DNA of 64,000 bases from a virus (Duplodnaviria; Caudoviricetes): IMG/VR virus record IMGVR_UViG_3300028888_000047, positions 192,001 to 256,000 of that record. One strand, written 5' to 3'. Below the pieces are notes generated by a model. The model saw nothing but the letters and a program-made list of their open reading frames with translations. It was not told the origin of the DNA and ran no database searches. A program made the translations under genes and the position numbers. Shown here piece by piece: positions 39,200-48,065 of this stretch (its first letter is position 1; the number at the start of each line of letters is the position of its first letter).

Positions 39200-39385
39200 G
39201 TTTTATATTTTAACCTTTGCCAAGGTTGAGAATTTTCAATGTTGCCTAATATACGCGATTTCCGAAGTCCTCGTTTAAATTAGGCACTTGGGGTGAACTT
39301 GATTTTCCTAGCCGCATTGAGGAAACTCTCCCAGGTCTAACGACCACCAAACACCCATAAAACTCATCGCGTTGCCCTAGTTAGT
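39200..39385 (-). ncRNA. possible structured RNA
   Basis: GC-enriched non-coding stretch with TGCCTAAT/ATTAGGCA, GGGTG/CACCC, GGTC-GTTA-GACC and AACCTT-GGCA-AAGGTT stems. Confidence 0.35.
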
Positions 39386-39389
39386 AGCG

Positions 39390-39473
39390 TAGCCCTAGTA
39401 GGACTCAAACCTACACTCATATTTCAGAACCTGAGTTTGAATCAGGCGGGTCTATCAATTCCCCCATAGAGCC
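39390..39473 (-). tRNA. tRNA-Leu(CAA)
   Basis: GGCTCTA/TAGGGCT plus A73; CCTGA-TTCAAAC-TCAGG; long variable arm; atypical T loop TTTGAGT and D loop TTGATAG. Confidence 0.8.
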
Positions 39474-39559
39474 ATTTTTGGTAGGGTATGTTACCTATAT
39501 AGTTCCTTACCCCACCATTTTCATTTACAAAGATACAAAAAATAATTGAAAAAAAGAAA

Positions 39560-39916
39560 TTAATCGTTAAATAAATCAGAAAATTCACCAAAATTAACAT
39601 TTATAGGCTTAAAATCTTCATCCATTAACATATTTTTATAGTAATCTGAGAAAAGTTTCTGAATATCGTCATCAACATTCACATTTATATCTTCATTTTC
39701 TATATTATCATATGCGTTAATTGATAACACTTTCAACTTTTTACCCATTTTAATCTCTTCATCTTCTTCGGTAATTACATCACTTTCTTCAAGAGAATAT
39801 GCAACAGTAAATGAATAGTCATCTATTTCGAATTCCAATTCATTTTCCCCTTCCATGAATACCAAGTCTAAATCATCAATATTATTTAATAATGTTGTTT
39901 TTGGAGAATCAATCAT
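39560..39916 (-). CDS. acidic hypothetical protein
   Basis: 118 aa, D/E-rich; resembles 40092-40532. Confidence 0.65.
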   Translation of the reverse strand: MIDSPKTTLLNNIDDLDLVFMEGENELEFEIDDYSFTVAYSLEESDVITEEDEEIKMGKKLKVLSINAYDNIENEDINVNVDDDIQKLFSDYYKNMLMDEDFKPINVNFGEFSDLFND

Positions 39917-39922
39917 ACTTAT

Positions 39923-40060
39923 TTATCTTATTTCTCTTTTAATTATTCTCATACCGTTTACGGTTTTTTGTGGTTTTGACTCCTGTTTAGTAACAGAAGG
40001 ACTTGATTTTACCACACTATTACCTGCATTTGCTCCTTTGTTTTTACATCCACATGCCAT
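39923..40060 (-). CDS. small MACGCK-type protein (45 aa, not in ORF track)
   Basis: Manual translation MACGCKNKGANAGNSVVKSSPSVTKQESKPQKTVNGMRIIKREIR. Confidence 0.6.
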   Translation of the reverse strand: MACGCKNKGANAGNSVVKSSPSVTKQESKPQKTVNGMRIIKREIR

Positions 40061-40091
40061 GTTATTTAAATATTTTATATATAAAATTATT

Positions 40092-40532
40092 TTACCAATC
40101 TAAATCATCATCATCCTGATAATATTCTAAATCACTATCATCCGGATTAACCAAACTCTTTAATGCATTTGCTACCATACCATTATCTTCAATTTGGGTT
40201 TGATTTCCATTATCATCCAATACAATGCTTGTTATAAATATCTTATAATCTCCCTCCATAGTATCTGGGTCATTTACCTCGAAATCCCTTCTACCTCTTA
40301 TTAAATATCTTCCATCTTCTATTTCATAATCAATACAAGCAATTACATTACCCTCATCATCAAGAGGAACATCAACATAGTTTTCTCCCTTTTCTGATGG
40401 AACTTCTACCGTAGATAAACGCTCAACTATTCTGCTTAATAGCTCGTTATTTTCTATACCTTCTTTTATAATTTTTTTTACGGTTGAAGAAATTAACCCG
40501 TATAAATCCGATTCTAACAATCTCAATACCAT
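40092..40532 (-). CDS. acidic protein with LTESDL-type N-terminal motif
   Basis: MVLRLLESDLYGLISSTVKKIIKE; late motif upstream. Confidence 0.7.
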   Translation of the reverse strand: MVLRLLESDLYGLISSTVKKIIKEGIENNELLSRIVERLSTVEVPSEKGENYVDVPLDDEGNVIACIDYEIEDGRYLIRGRRDFEVNDPDTMEGDYKIFITSIVLDDNGNQTQIEDNGMVANALKSLVNPDDSDLEYYQDDDDLDW

Positions 40533-40625
40533 ACTTATTAAATTTTTGTTTTTTTTAATAAATATAGCGATGTTTTTAAAAAAATAAAGGAGAATTACTT
40601 TAACTCTCCTTTATTATGAAGGTTT

Positions 40626-41306
40626 TTACTTTTTAGTGTTTGTAATTATGGTATCGATGAACCCAGCTTCAACGGCCTCTTTACCTTTATACCATTTATC
40701 ACCGTTTTCGCACAGTTGAATTATTTCTTCTACAGATTTTCCACTGTTCTTTGCAAGCACTTCGTACAAATCATTTCTAATTGATTCCATTTCCCTAAAT
40801 GCAATTTTGCTGTCGGTAAATTTAGTATATCCATTAAAGCTTGATGGCTGATGTATCATGAACCTTGAATATGGTAGGGCATATCTCTTACCTTTCGCAC
40901 CATTTGACGCTATTACTGCCCCCATAGAAGCAGCCATTCCCAAAACAGTTGTTGCGACATCACTTTTAACAAAATCCATTACGGAAACAAGTTGAAGTCC
41001 GCTATAGCAATCGCCTCCAGGCGTCGACAGATACAAATTAATATCTCTTTCATCAGTTGAATCAAGATAAAGCAATTGTGCTGTTATTACATCCATTGAT
41101 TCTGGTGTTACCTCTCCACTAAGGAAAATAATTCTGTCTTGGATTAACCTTGAAAATACATTCATTTCATTTACCCTCATTGAAGAATTTCTTTCTTCTA
41201 TGATTGTTGGATATACGAAATCTTTAACTTTATCATCAAAAACTGATGGAGAAACGTTTGTCTTATCAATTGCAAACTTTCTAAAATCTTCAATAACCTT
41301 ATTCAT
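40626..41306 (-). CDS. clpP: ATP-dependent Clp protease proteolytic subunit
   Basis: FSRLIQDRIIFL, AQLLYL, G.AASMG (catalytic Ser), MIHQP (catalytic His). Confidence 0.95.
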   Translation of the reverse strand: MNKVIEDFRKFAIDKTNVSPSVFDDKVKDFVYPTIIEERNSSMRVNEMNVFSRLIQDRIIFLSGEVTPESMDVITAQLLYLDSTDERDINLYLSTPGGDCYSGLQLVSVMDFVKSDVATTVLGMAASMGAVIASNGAKGKRYALPYSRFMIHQPSSFNGYTKFTDSKIAFREMESIRNDLYEVLAKNSGKSVEEIIQLCENGDKWYKGKEAVEAGFIDTIITNTKK

Positions 41307-41505
41307 ATTCTATTGTATAATTTAATTCTATATTGTTTTGCTTAAGCCATGCATCAACTGCAAGTTTAACAGCAGTTCTTGTCATTTCATTATTTGGATA
41401 GCCTATAAATGTGTCTAAAATTCTTTGTATGCTTTCTTCTTGTTTTTTTGTTAGACGACCATAAAGAAAAGCATAATCATAATGTTCGTAATTAAAACCT
41501 TTCAT
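41299..41505 (-). CDS. small protein resembling a tail-sheath C-terminal motif
   Basis: FIGYPNNEMTRTAVKLAVDAWL. Confidence 0.45.
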   Translation of the reverse strand: MKGFNYEHYDYAFLYGRLTKKQEESIQRILDTFIGYPNNEMTRTAVKLAVDAWLKQNNIELNYTIEYE

Positions 41506-41675
41506 CGTTTATATTAATCCAATGTTGTATAATGCCTTTTAAGTTCATATTTTGTTCCATTAGCGCCCTTTTCTTTTGTTTTTTAATTTCGTCTCTCCTT
41601 AGAAGTTCTAACGCCTCATAAAAAACCGTATTTAATTCATTTTCTCCCATAATATTATTGAAAGTCTTCTATTGC

Positions 41676-41909
41676 CTAACCAAAACAATTAAATAAAAAA
41701 TTGTATTTTTTTGTTACCGCTCCATCATAATACTTCCTATTTTCCCTCTCCCTTCCTTTTTTATTTAAATTAAAGCTTTTCTTCAAAGAAAAGGAAAATG
41801 CCACAAAAGATTTTTTAAGAGTGTCAAAATCAACAATAACCTTCCCCGATGGCTGATAATGAAATTCTTCTTTTAACGTTTTTATTATTTTTTCTTCTGT
41901 TAATTCCAT
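41676..41909 (-). CDS. hypothetical protein
   Basis: 77-aa ORF with TAG stop. Confidence 0.5.
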   Translation of the reverse strand: MELTEEKIIKTLKEEFHYQPSGKVIVDFDTLKKSFVAFSFSLKKSFNLNKKGRERENRKYYDGAVTKKYNFLFNCFG

Positions 41910-42086
41910 ACTACTTTAAGCATTTTTTCATATCAATTATGATTATTCATCCAACTATTAACTATACCTGCAGTATTCATATTCCTCTGCATTAATAATT
42001 CTTTTTTCCTCATCTTTATTTCTTTTTCATGTTGTGGAAAAATAGGTATAAAATCCTCCAAATCAATTTCATTATCCCCCATAGCC

Positions 42087-42326
42087 TTATGTTATTTTTA
42101 TTATGTTAACAGTGTTTAAGAAATCATCATTTCTTTTAATTAATTCTCTGGTTAATGCCTCACGTTGCTTATCTGATAAATTTCTCATGTTATTCATTAC
42201 TCCGCATATTTTAATAACTTTAATATATGCATTAACAAAAGTCTTTTCGTCTGTTATGCATTCTAAACGAAATGGTCTTGAGCCTCCTTCAGTAAATTTT
42301 TTTAATATTTTTTCCCTTGTTATCAT
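42087..42326 (-). CDS. small hypothetical protein, paralogue of next gene
   Basis: DEKTFVNAY...NNMR vs DEKVVKAY...ENMR. Confidence 0.6.
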   Translation of the reverse strand: MITREKILKKFTEGGSRPFRLECITDEKTFVNAYIKVIKICGVMNNMRNLSDKQREALTRELIKRNDDFLNTVNIIKIT

Positions 42327-42553
42327 AAATGAGTTGGTGTCATTAAAACATTTTTTACAATTACTTCTGCTGCATTAGTAATCTTGTTTTGCAAATATGT
42401 GGGCGTTTTACGCATATTTTCTCTTGCGCACTTACACTTTTTAAGCGCCATATATGCTTTAACTACCTTTTCATCGTCATTGCTTTTATTGACGAAAGTA
42501 TATTCCTTTATTGTTTTGTTTAAATCATTTATGACTTTATCTATTGTAAGCAT
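42323..42553 (-). CDS. small hypothetical protein
   Basis: Tandem paralogue with ATGA coupling. Confidence 0.6.
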   Translation of the reverse strand: MLTIDKVINDLNKTIKEYTFVNKSNDDEKVVKAYMALKKCKCARENMRKTPTYLQNKITNAAEVIVKNVLMTPTHL

Positions 42554-43334
42554 CTGTGATTCGTTTTAAAGAAATGTTATAATATTCTTCAACCTTTTCA
42601 ATTCCAACAAAATTCCTATTATTAAGAATTGCCATTTTACCAGTAGTTCCACTTCCCATAAATGGGTCAAACACCAAATCATTCTCATTTGACCAAGATA
42701 TTATTTGGTCTTCAGCCAATTTATCAGGAAATACAGCAGGATGCCCCGTTTTCTGCCCTCCAACGGTATACGTAAATACATTTGGATGATATTTAGTTTC
42801 CCTCGTTGCTTTATATGTTGTTTCTTCAGGATTTCTCATTGCTTGATTTTCATCCAATACCCTTCTCCTTTTTCCGCCATAACTTTCTATTTTACCTGCG
42901 TTTTTACAAGGTACTTTTATTGGATTAAATGTCTTCGGTCTACCTTTTGAAAAACAAAACATATATTCAAAGGTCTGCTCATATCTATTATGAGTTAACG
43001 GTATATAATTTGCCTTTTGAAATATCATTGTATCATGCAAATTAAAACCAATTTCCTTGAAATACAACGCTTGCTTAAAAGATGTTCCGCTCTCAGAACC
43101 TTTTATAACTGAATCATTTACAACCCATATAACAACACCTCCATCTGCTGTTATTTCATATAATAAATCAGCACACTGTTTGAATACATCAAAATTCCAT
43201 TCCAACGTTCCATCATACGAACGAGTTGTATCATATGGCGGTGATGTAATTGTTAAATCAACCTTTACTCCATCTTTTATTAGTTCTTGCATTTTTTCCC
43301 TGCAATCGCCTAAATATAAATCATACTTTGCCAT
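42537..43334 (-). CDS. N4-cytosine/N6-adenine DNA methyltransferase (beta class)
   Basis: TSPPY, HPAVFP and DPFMGSGTTG motifs; start reassigned to MAKYD. Confidence 0.92.
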   Translation of the reverse strand: MAKYDLYLGDCREKMQELIKDGVKVDLTITSPPYDTTRSYDGTLEWNFDVFKQCADLLYEITADGGVVIWVVNDSVIKGSESGTSFKQALYFKEIGFNLHDTMIFQKANYIPLTHNRYEQTFEYMFCFSKGRPKTFNPIKVPCKNAGKIESYGGKRRRVLDENQAMRNPEETTYKATRETKYHPNVFTYTVGGQKTGHPAVFPDKLAEDQIISWSNENDLVFDPFMGSGTTGKMAILNNRNFVGIEKVEEYYNISLKRITDAYNR

Positions 43335-43400
43335 AAATAATTCTAAACCAATATGGGAGTTTATTAAAAAACTCCCATATTCAATCCACACAAATAATAA

Positions 43401-44099
43401 TTAATCTATTGTAGCACTGCTGCTTGTATTAGTTAAATCAATACCGGTATCTGCCTTATATTCCTCATTAAGAGAAGCCATAGACTTTTCAATGCTTGCA
43501 TCCAAAGCCAAACTTGCTGTTGCAATATCTGCTGCACATCTATAAGCAGTAACACCAGTACTAATTACATCATAGTTGTTATAAAACTTCTTCTTGGTGG
43601 TGAAACCTTTAAATTTGAAATTAAGATTGTCCGCATCTTTTGCATCTGATAAATCATTTCCCAAGTAAATGAAGCTCCAATTGTATTTTTCAGTTTGTTC
43701 TTTAATTCTATCCTTAATATCTTTAAGTCTATATTCAGTAGAAGAGTTTTCTCCACCATCTGTAATAACAACAATAAGGTTCTTTGAAGGTCTTTCTTCC
43801 TCGGGCATATCAGCAAGCCACTTGCCAACATCATCAATTGCCGTTCCTAAGCCATCCCACAACTTAGTCATGCCTCCTACTTTATAGTCAATATCCTTTA
43901 CCTCATCAAGTTTCTTACCCAAGTAAATTTGCTTTACGTCGCTTGCAAATTCATAAAGAGATACAATACATTCTCCATCCTTAACTGCTTTCTGTTCCTC
44001 AATGGTTTTCTTGAAACCTCCAACGACATCCTTTTCGCTACCTGCCATTGAACCCGATGAGTCTATGACAAATGCAACATGTATAAGTTTTTCTTTCAT
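43401..44099 (-). CDS. von Willebrand factor A domain protein
   Basis: MIDAS DSSGSM, GMT.L.D, VITDG.EN motifs. Confidence 0.9.
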   Translation of the reverse strand: MKEKLIHVAFVIDSSGSMAGSEKDVVGGFKKTIEEQKAVKDGECIVSLYEFASDVKQIYLGKKLDEVKDIDYKVGGMTKLWDGLGTAIDDVGKWLADMPEEERPSKNLIVVITDGGENSSTEYRLKDIKDRIKEQTEKYNWSFIYLGNDLSDAKDADNLNFKFKGFTTKKKFYNNYDVISTGVTAYRCAADIATASLALDASIEKSMASLNEEYKADTGIDLTNTSSSATID

Positions 44100-44112
44100 T
44101 TTCTATTTTTAT

Positions 44113-44571
44113 TTATTTATTATTTTTCTTTTCTTTCTTTGCCAAACGTTCCTCTTCCTTTCTTCTTTTTTCCTCATCTTCAATTTGCTCAATAACAATG
44201 TACGATTGTTCAGCTACATCAACATAATTTGGATATTTCCTTCTCATTCTAAAAATTTCCTTTGAAAAATCACTTTCCACAAGAAGTTTATCCTTTTCTG
44301 TATCATATGATATATTTGATATTGCACCTTCCATTAACAGGTGTTTATGTTCGTCTGTTAACCTATCGAAAGCTTCTTCGTAAACTGTTAACACAACATC
44401 TTTCTTCGTTAAGAAATGTGTTGTTGCATTTGCCCTTTGTACCTTAAGAATTGATTTTGCTTTTGTTGTTGAAATGACTTTTAAATCAATTCCCATTTGT
44501 GCCAATGATGTATCTTCAAATTTTTCTTGTGCCAATTCTGCAATATCGGCTGATGTTTCAAATAACTTCAT
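44113..44571 (-). CDS. hypothetical protein, possibly an inactive phage metallopeptidase-like fold
   Basis: 152 aa, no HExxH. Confidence 0.55.
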   Translation of the reverse strand: MKLFETSADIAELAQEKFEDTSLAQMGIDLKVISTTKAKSILKVQRANATTHFLTKKDVVLTVYEEAFDRLTDEHKHLLMEGAISNISYDTEKDKLLVESDFSKEIFRMRRKYPNYVDVAEQSYIVIEQIEDEEKRRKEEERLAKKEKKNNK

Positions 44572-44674
44572 ACTTATATTATCTATTTATTTTAACTTAA
44601 ATTAACGAATATTTTATATGTTTGTTACAAATATACACAAAAAAATTTAAAAAAAGAAATAAAATCGTTAAAAA

Positions 44675-45361
44675 ATGCCAAAAAGACCACTTAGGAATAT
44701 TTTTCAAATTATTCTGACCAATAATGGTAAAATGCTTAAGACAATATATAATTGCGCATCAGAAACTCTTGTAAACAAGAAATTCAAAGACCTTATTGAA
44801 GAGAATAAGAAGGTCAGATTTCCTGTTAGATACGTCAATATTGGAAAGCTTGTTGACGCTCATTATGAGTTATATATAATAAGGAGAAATGATGATAATA
44901 CGAAAGCAACAAAATTAAAGGATGAAAATGGAAAGATAATAAACTTTGAAACAAATGATGAAAATTGGATAATATATGACCGTGAAAATTATGATAAGGA
45001 AGAATCATTTTGGGTATATGGTTATCATCCGGTATTTCAAAGAAAAAACTTTAATTGGATATTTGATAATCTAATTTCAAATAATAATAACAAATATAAT
45101 TTAAAACAGGTATTGGTATATCAAAATAAATTACTTATATCTTCTACCAATAATCTTGATATGGTTTTATGTAAAAATGAATCTGACTGCATTAGATTAT
45201 ATAATGAATTGGAAATTGAAACAATAAATAAAAAAATAAAACATGTGTTATTCTCAGGTGATGCTTTTCATAGCAAAATAAGAAAAACATGGTTTGAAAA
45301 AATTAAAAAGCTAACAAATTGGTCAAATTTAAAAATCCGGAGAAACTCATTAAGACCGTGA
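44675..45361 (+). CDS. hypothetical protein
   Basis: 228-aa ORF. Confidence 0.7.
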   Translation: MPKRPLRNIFQIILTNNGKMLKTIYNCASETLVNKKFKDLIEENKKVRFPVRYVNIGKLVDAHYELYIIRRNDDNTKATKLKDENGKIINFETNDENWIIYDRENYDKEESFWVYGYHPVFQRKNFNWIFDNLISNNNNKYNLKQVLVYQNKLLISSTNNLDMVLCKNESDCIRLYNELEIETINKKIKHVLFSGDAFHSKIRKTWFEKIKKLTNWSNLKIRRNSLRP

Positions 45362-45383
45362 GAAGCAATAAAACCTGAAGATA

Positions 45384-45644
45384 TTATTCTTCAGGTTTTT
45401 CTTCTTCAACTGTAAATATAATATTAAGGTTCTCAAATTTTACAATCACATCATTATCTGATGGCGTGAATTCTTTTCCTTCCGGTTTATTTCTATAATA
45501 AAGGTCTTCATCTATTTTTCTTAGTTCCTCTTTTGAAACCTTTACAACGAGGTCATTTTCCCTATTTAAACCGTTATCATGTAGGAACTTGGATATATAT
45601 TCTCCAAGTTCATATATTTTAATACTATTCAATGTTAATTCCAT
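45384..45644 (-). CDS. hypothetical protein
   Basis: 86-aa ORF in operon. Confidence 0.7.
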   Translation of the reverse strand: MELTLNSIKIYELGEYISKFLHDNGLNRENDLVVKVSKEELRKIDEDLYYRNKPEGKEFTPSDNDVIVKFENLNIIFTVEEEKPEE

Positions 45645-45652
45645 ACATCTTA

Positions 45653-46237
45653 TTAGTTTATTCTAAATGTTATTACCCATGCAGATGTATTATCAACAAA
45701 ATCATTAGATAAATCTGTTACGCTTCTCCATATTACTCCTGCTTCTTTCATATTATCAAGATACTTGACAACGTTTTTCATATCATCATCAACAAAATCG
45801 CCATATCCATTCTTTCCTTCATTAATCAAGAAGAAATATTGATATTCACCTCCTATTTTAATTGCAAATACTGTTGTAATTTTCTTTCCAACAGCCTTTA
45901 TTACCTTTGAAACCCTTAATAGTTCCTCGTCGTTTATAAAGTCATTTTTAAAACTGTTGAAATAATACAATTTAAAGCCATAATCATCATATAGTGTGTA
46001 TTCGCTTGACGGCATAAATGCATTTGGTTTACCGTTGCTAAAATACACTCCTTTAATTGAATTGCCGATTTCAATTAAATCTTGTACAGAAGCTGTGGAA
46101 CTTAATAGTCTAATTGCTTCTTCTGCTGTATCTATTCTATTTTTAAATGCTTCTCTTGTATCTTTTAATAATAAATTACCGTGAAATAAAAATCTTTCTA
46201 TAACGTATTTAACTTTTTCAAATAGTGTTGTTTTCAT
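45653..46237 (-). CDS. hypothetical protein
   Basis: 194-aa ORF in operon. Confidence 0.7.
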   Translation of the reverse strand: MKTTLFEKVKYVIERFLFHGNLLLKDTREAFKNRIDTAEEAIRLLSSTASVQDLIEIGNSIKGVYFSNGKPNAFMPSSEYTLYDDYGFKLYYFNSFKNDFINDEELLRVSKVIKAVGKKITTVFAIKIGGEYQYFFLINEGKNGYGDFVDDDMKNVVKYLDNMKEAGVIWRSVTDLSNDFVDNTSAWVITFRIN

Positions 46238-46469
46238 TTTTCACAAACATTTTTTTAAATTTATTTTTATAAAATTTCAGTTTATATTTAATAACCTCAT
46301 TAAATGTTAATTTAACTTTCTTTTTTCCTGATAAAACATCTTTAATGTCTTGCCCTGTACTTCCTTTAAGAATTTCAGCCCATCTATTCTTTTCTGATTC
46401 GACAGCTCGTTCTGTCATTAACTTATCGTTTTTTAAGCCTCTAAGCTCTCTATTTAATTCGTAATCCAT
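46218..46469 (-). CDS. hypothetical protein
   Basis: 83-aa ORF in operon. Confidence 0.65.
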   Translation of the reverse strand: MDYELNRELRGLKNDKLMTERAVESEKNRWAEILKGSTGQDIKDVLSGKKKVKLTFNEVIKYKLKFYKNKFKKMFVKNENNTI

Positions 46470-46474
46470 ATTAT

Positions 46475-46834
46475 TTAATTATTATTACTACGTTCTAATG
46501 ACTCTTGTAATGTGTGTATTAGCCAATTAACACCACTTCCAATTGCCCCATCCAAGAATATTATAAATGGAAATAACATCTTATCTGATATAGCATAATT
46601 CATTGGCGTTATTGGAAATATCGGAAAAAATAATATATTTATTACACTTATAATCATTCCATTCCACCACGGACAGCATATCATACATGACAGCCCTTCA
46701 TTTAACATTGGATGTGTTTTTTCAAGATATTCATGCATTTTTTTAAATATATGAAATGGTCCATTAGCAAACACAATTGTATTGCTAATCCCATATACTG
46801 CCAATGAAAAAATAAATATTATAATTAGCTCCAT
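46475..46834 (-). CDS. DUF1360-like membrane protein
   Basis: TM helices around LSCMICCPWW. Confidence 0.6.
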   Translation of the reverse strand: MELIIIFIFSLAVYGISNTIVFANGPFHIFKKMHEYLEKTHPMLNEGLSCMICCPWWNGMIISVINILFFPIFPITPMNYAISDKMLFPFIIFLDGAIGSGVNWLIHTLQESLERSNNN

Positions 46835-46837
46835 AGT

Positions 46838-47317
46838 TTAATCATCTTTTGCTTCTACTACTTCAACATTATCAAGTACTGATGTTGATTCATTTAATTT
46901 ATTTTCTTCTTCAGTTTTCTTTTTCTTTGTATACTTTCTCTTTGGCTTCTTCTCTTTTTGTTCTTTTTCAATTACAAACACCAATTTTGAAAGTTTTTCA
47001 TATGTTTCCCTTTTAAAAAGTTCCTTAAGTTCATTAACCTTATCATTAAGCAACTGTATCTTAAGTTCAGCATCCTTATTAGCCTCAATCGTTTCTTTTA
47101 TAATGGCAAAAATATCGTCAAGAGACACTTTATTCATATCGCCATAGTAAAAGTATTCGCCAATAGATTTCTCGCTTTTAGCAGGCTTTATATTGCCATC
47201 TACGGAAGGATATACCTGCCATCTTGGTGGGAAATTAACCTTTACAATAAGAGCATTATTGAAATATTCAATTCCTCTAAAGTAATCTCCCAATTTCATT
47301 ATTTCATCTTGCAACAT
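46838..47317 (-). CDS. hypothetical protein
   Basis: Start reassigned to MLQDEI. Confidence 0.7.
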   Translation of the reverse strand: MLQDEIMKLGDYFRGIEYFNNALIVKVNFPPRWQVYPSVDGNIKPAKSEKSIGEYFYYGDMNKVSLDDIFAIIKETIEANKDAELKIQLLNDKVNELKELFKRETYEKLSKLVFVIEKEQKEKKPKRKYTKKKKTEEENKLNESTSVLDNVEVVEAKDD

Positions 47318-47390
47318 TGTATATATACTTTTATAAAAAATAAAAAAAATGCTTAACAAATAAAGGTTTTGTCAAGCATTTATTTAAAAA

Positions 47391-48062
47391 TTATTTTGTT
47401 AAATCATATGTGATTGAAGCCCCAGCCATTATTCCAAATTGTTTATTGGTTAAATCATATCCTGCTGTAATGCTTGGACCAACTGAAAATCTTTTCCAAA
47501 ATGTTTTTTTATCTTTTTTAAAGACTGTAACATTTGATATATCAGAATTTCCTGTATTTCCGCCAATTGTGATATGGTTTTGTCCGTTTTCTCCTTCTTT
47601 ATTAACAATTGTATATTGTGTATTTGTTTTAATTTTTAAAGAATACCAATTTGGTTCTTCTGGGGAGTTTATTTTAAGGTTATAAGTCATTGTGTCATTT
47701 GGAGATACATTTGTATATTCAAATGTTCTTGGCACTTTAATTGAATCCTTATATATAGTATCTGTTACTTTTTTAATTATAACCTTACCCGTATTATATT
47801 CTTGTTTTGAGTTAAATTGAACTAGGTAGTCTATTTTATCTTTTGAAGCTTCTAAAGAATCATATAGTTGTCTATTTGTTTTCTTTAGTTCTTTAATAGT
47901 TGTTTCATAATAGATTTTATTATATCTATTTAGACTATCTTTATATTCAATTTCTTCAATTTTCTTTCTTGATTCATACATTTTGTAATGTGTGAAACAA
48001 ATTAACCCCAACACAATTAATAGTAGAGATAAAACTAATATTAAACATTTTTTACTTTTCAT
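47391..48062 (-). CDS. putative spanin-like lysis protein
   Basis: N-terminal TM, coiled coil, C-terminal amphipathic beta-hairpin FSVGPSITAGYD...GASITYDL. Confidence 0.55.
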   Translation of the reverse strand: MKSKKCLILVLSLLLIVLGLICFTHYKMYESRKKIEEIEYKDSLNRYNKIYYETTIKELKKTNRQLYDSLEASKDKIDYLVQFNSKQEYNTGKVIIKKVTDTIYKDSIKVPRTFEYTNVSPNDTMTYNLKINSPEEPNWYSLKIKTNTQYTIVNKEGENGQNHITIGGNTGNSDISNVTVFKKDKKTFWKRFSVGPSITAGYDLTNKQFGIMAGASITYDLTK

Positions 48063-48065
48063 AAG

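Noticed and set aside
38887-39389. Permuted group I intron or two-piece tmRNA around the permuted tRNA-like element
   Set aside because: The GAGACTA (P7-like) word falls inside a plausible 46-aa ORF and has no partner S element. There is no G3-U70 pair, and a full D stem and variable arm are present, unlike tmRNA.
42537-43334. Restriction-modification system
   Set aside because: No adjacent endonuclease; this is most likely an orphan protective methyltransferase.
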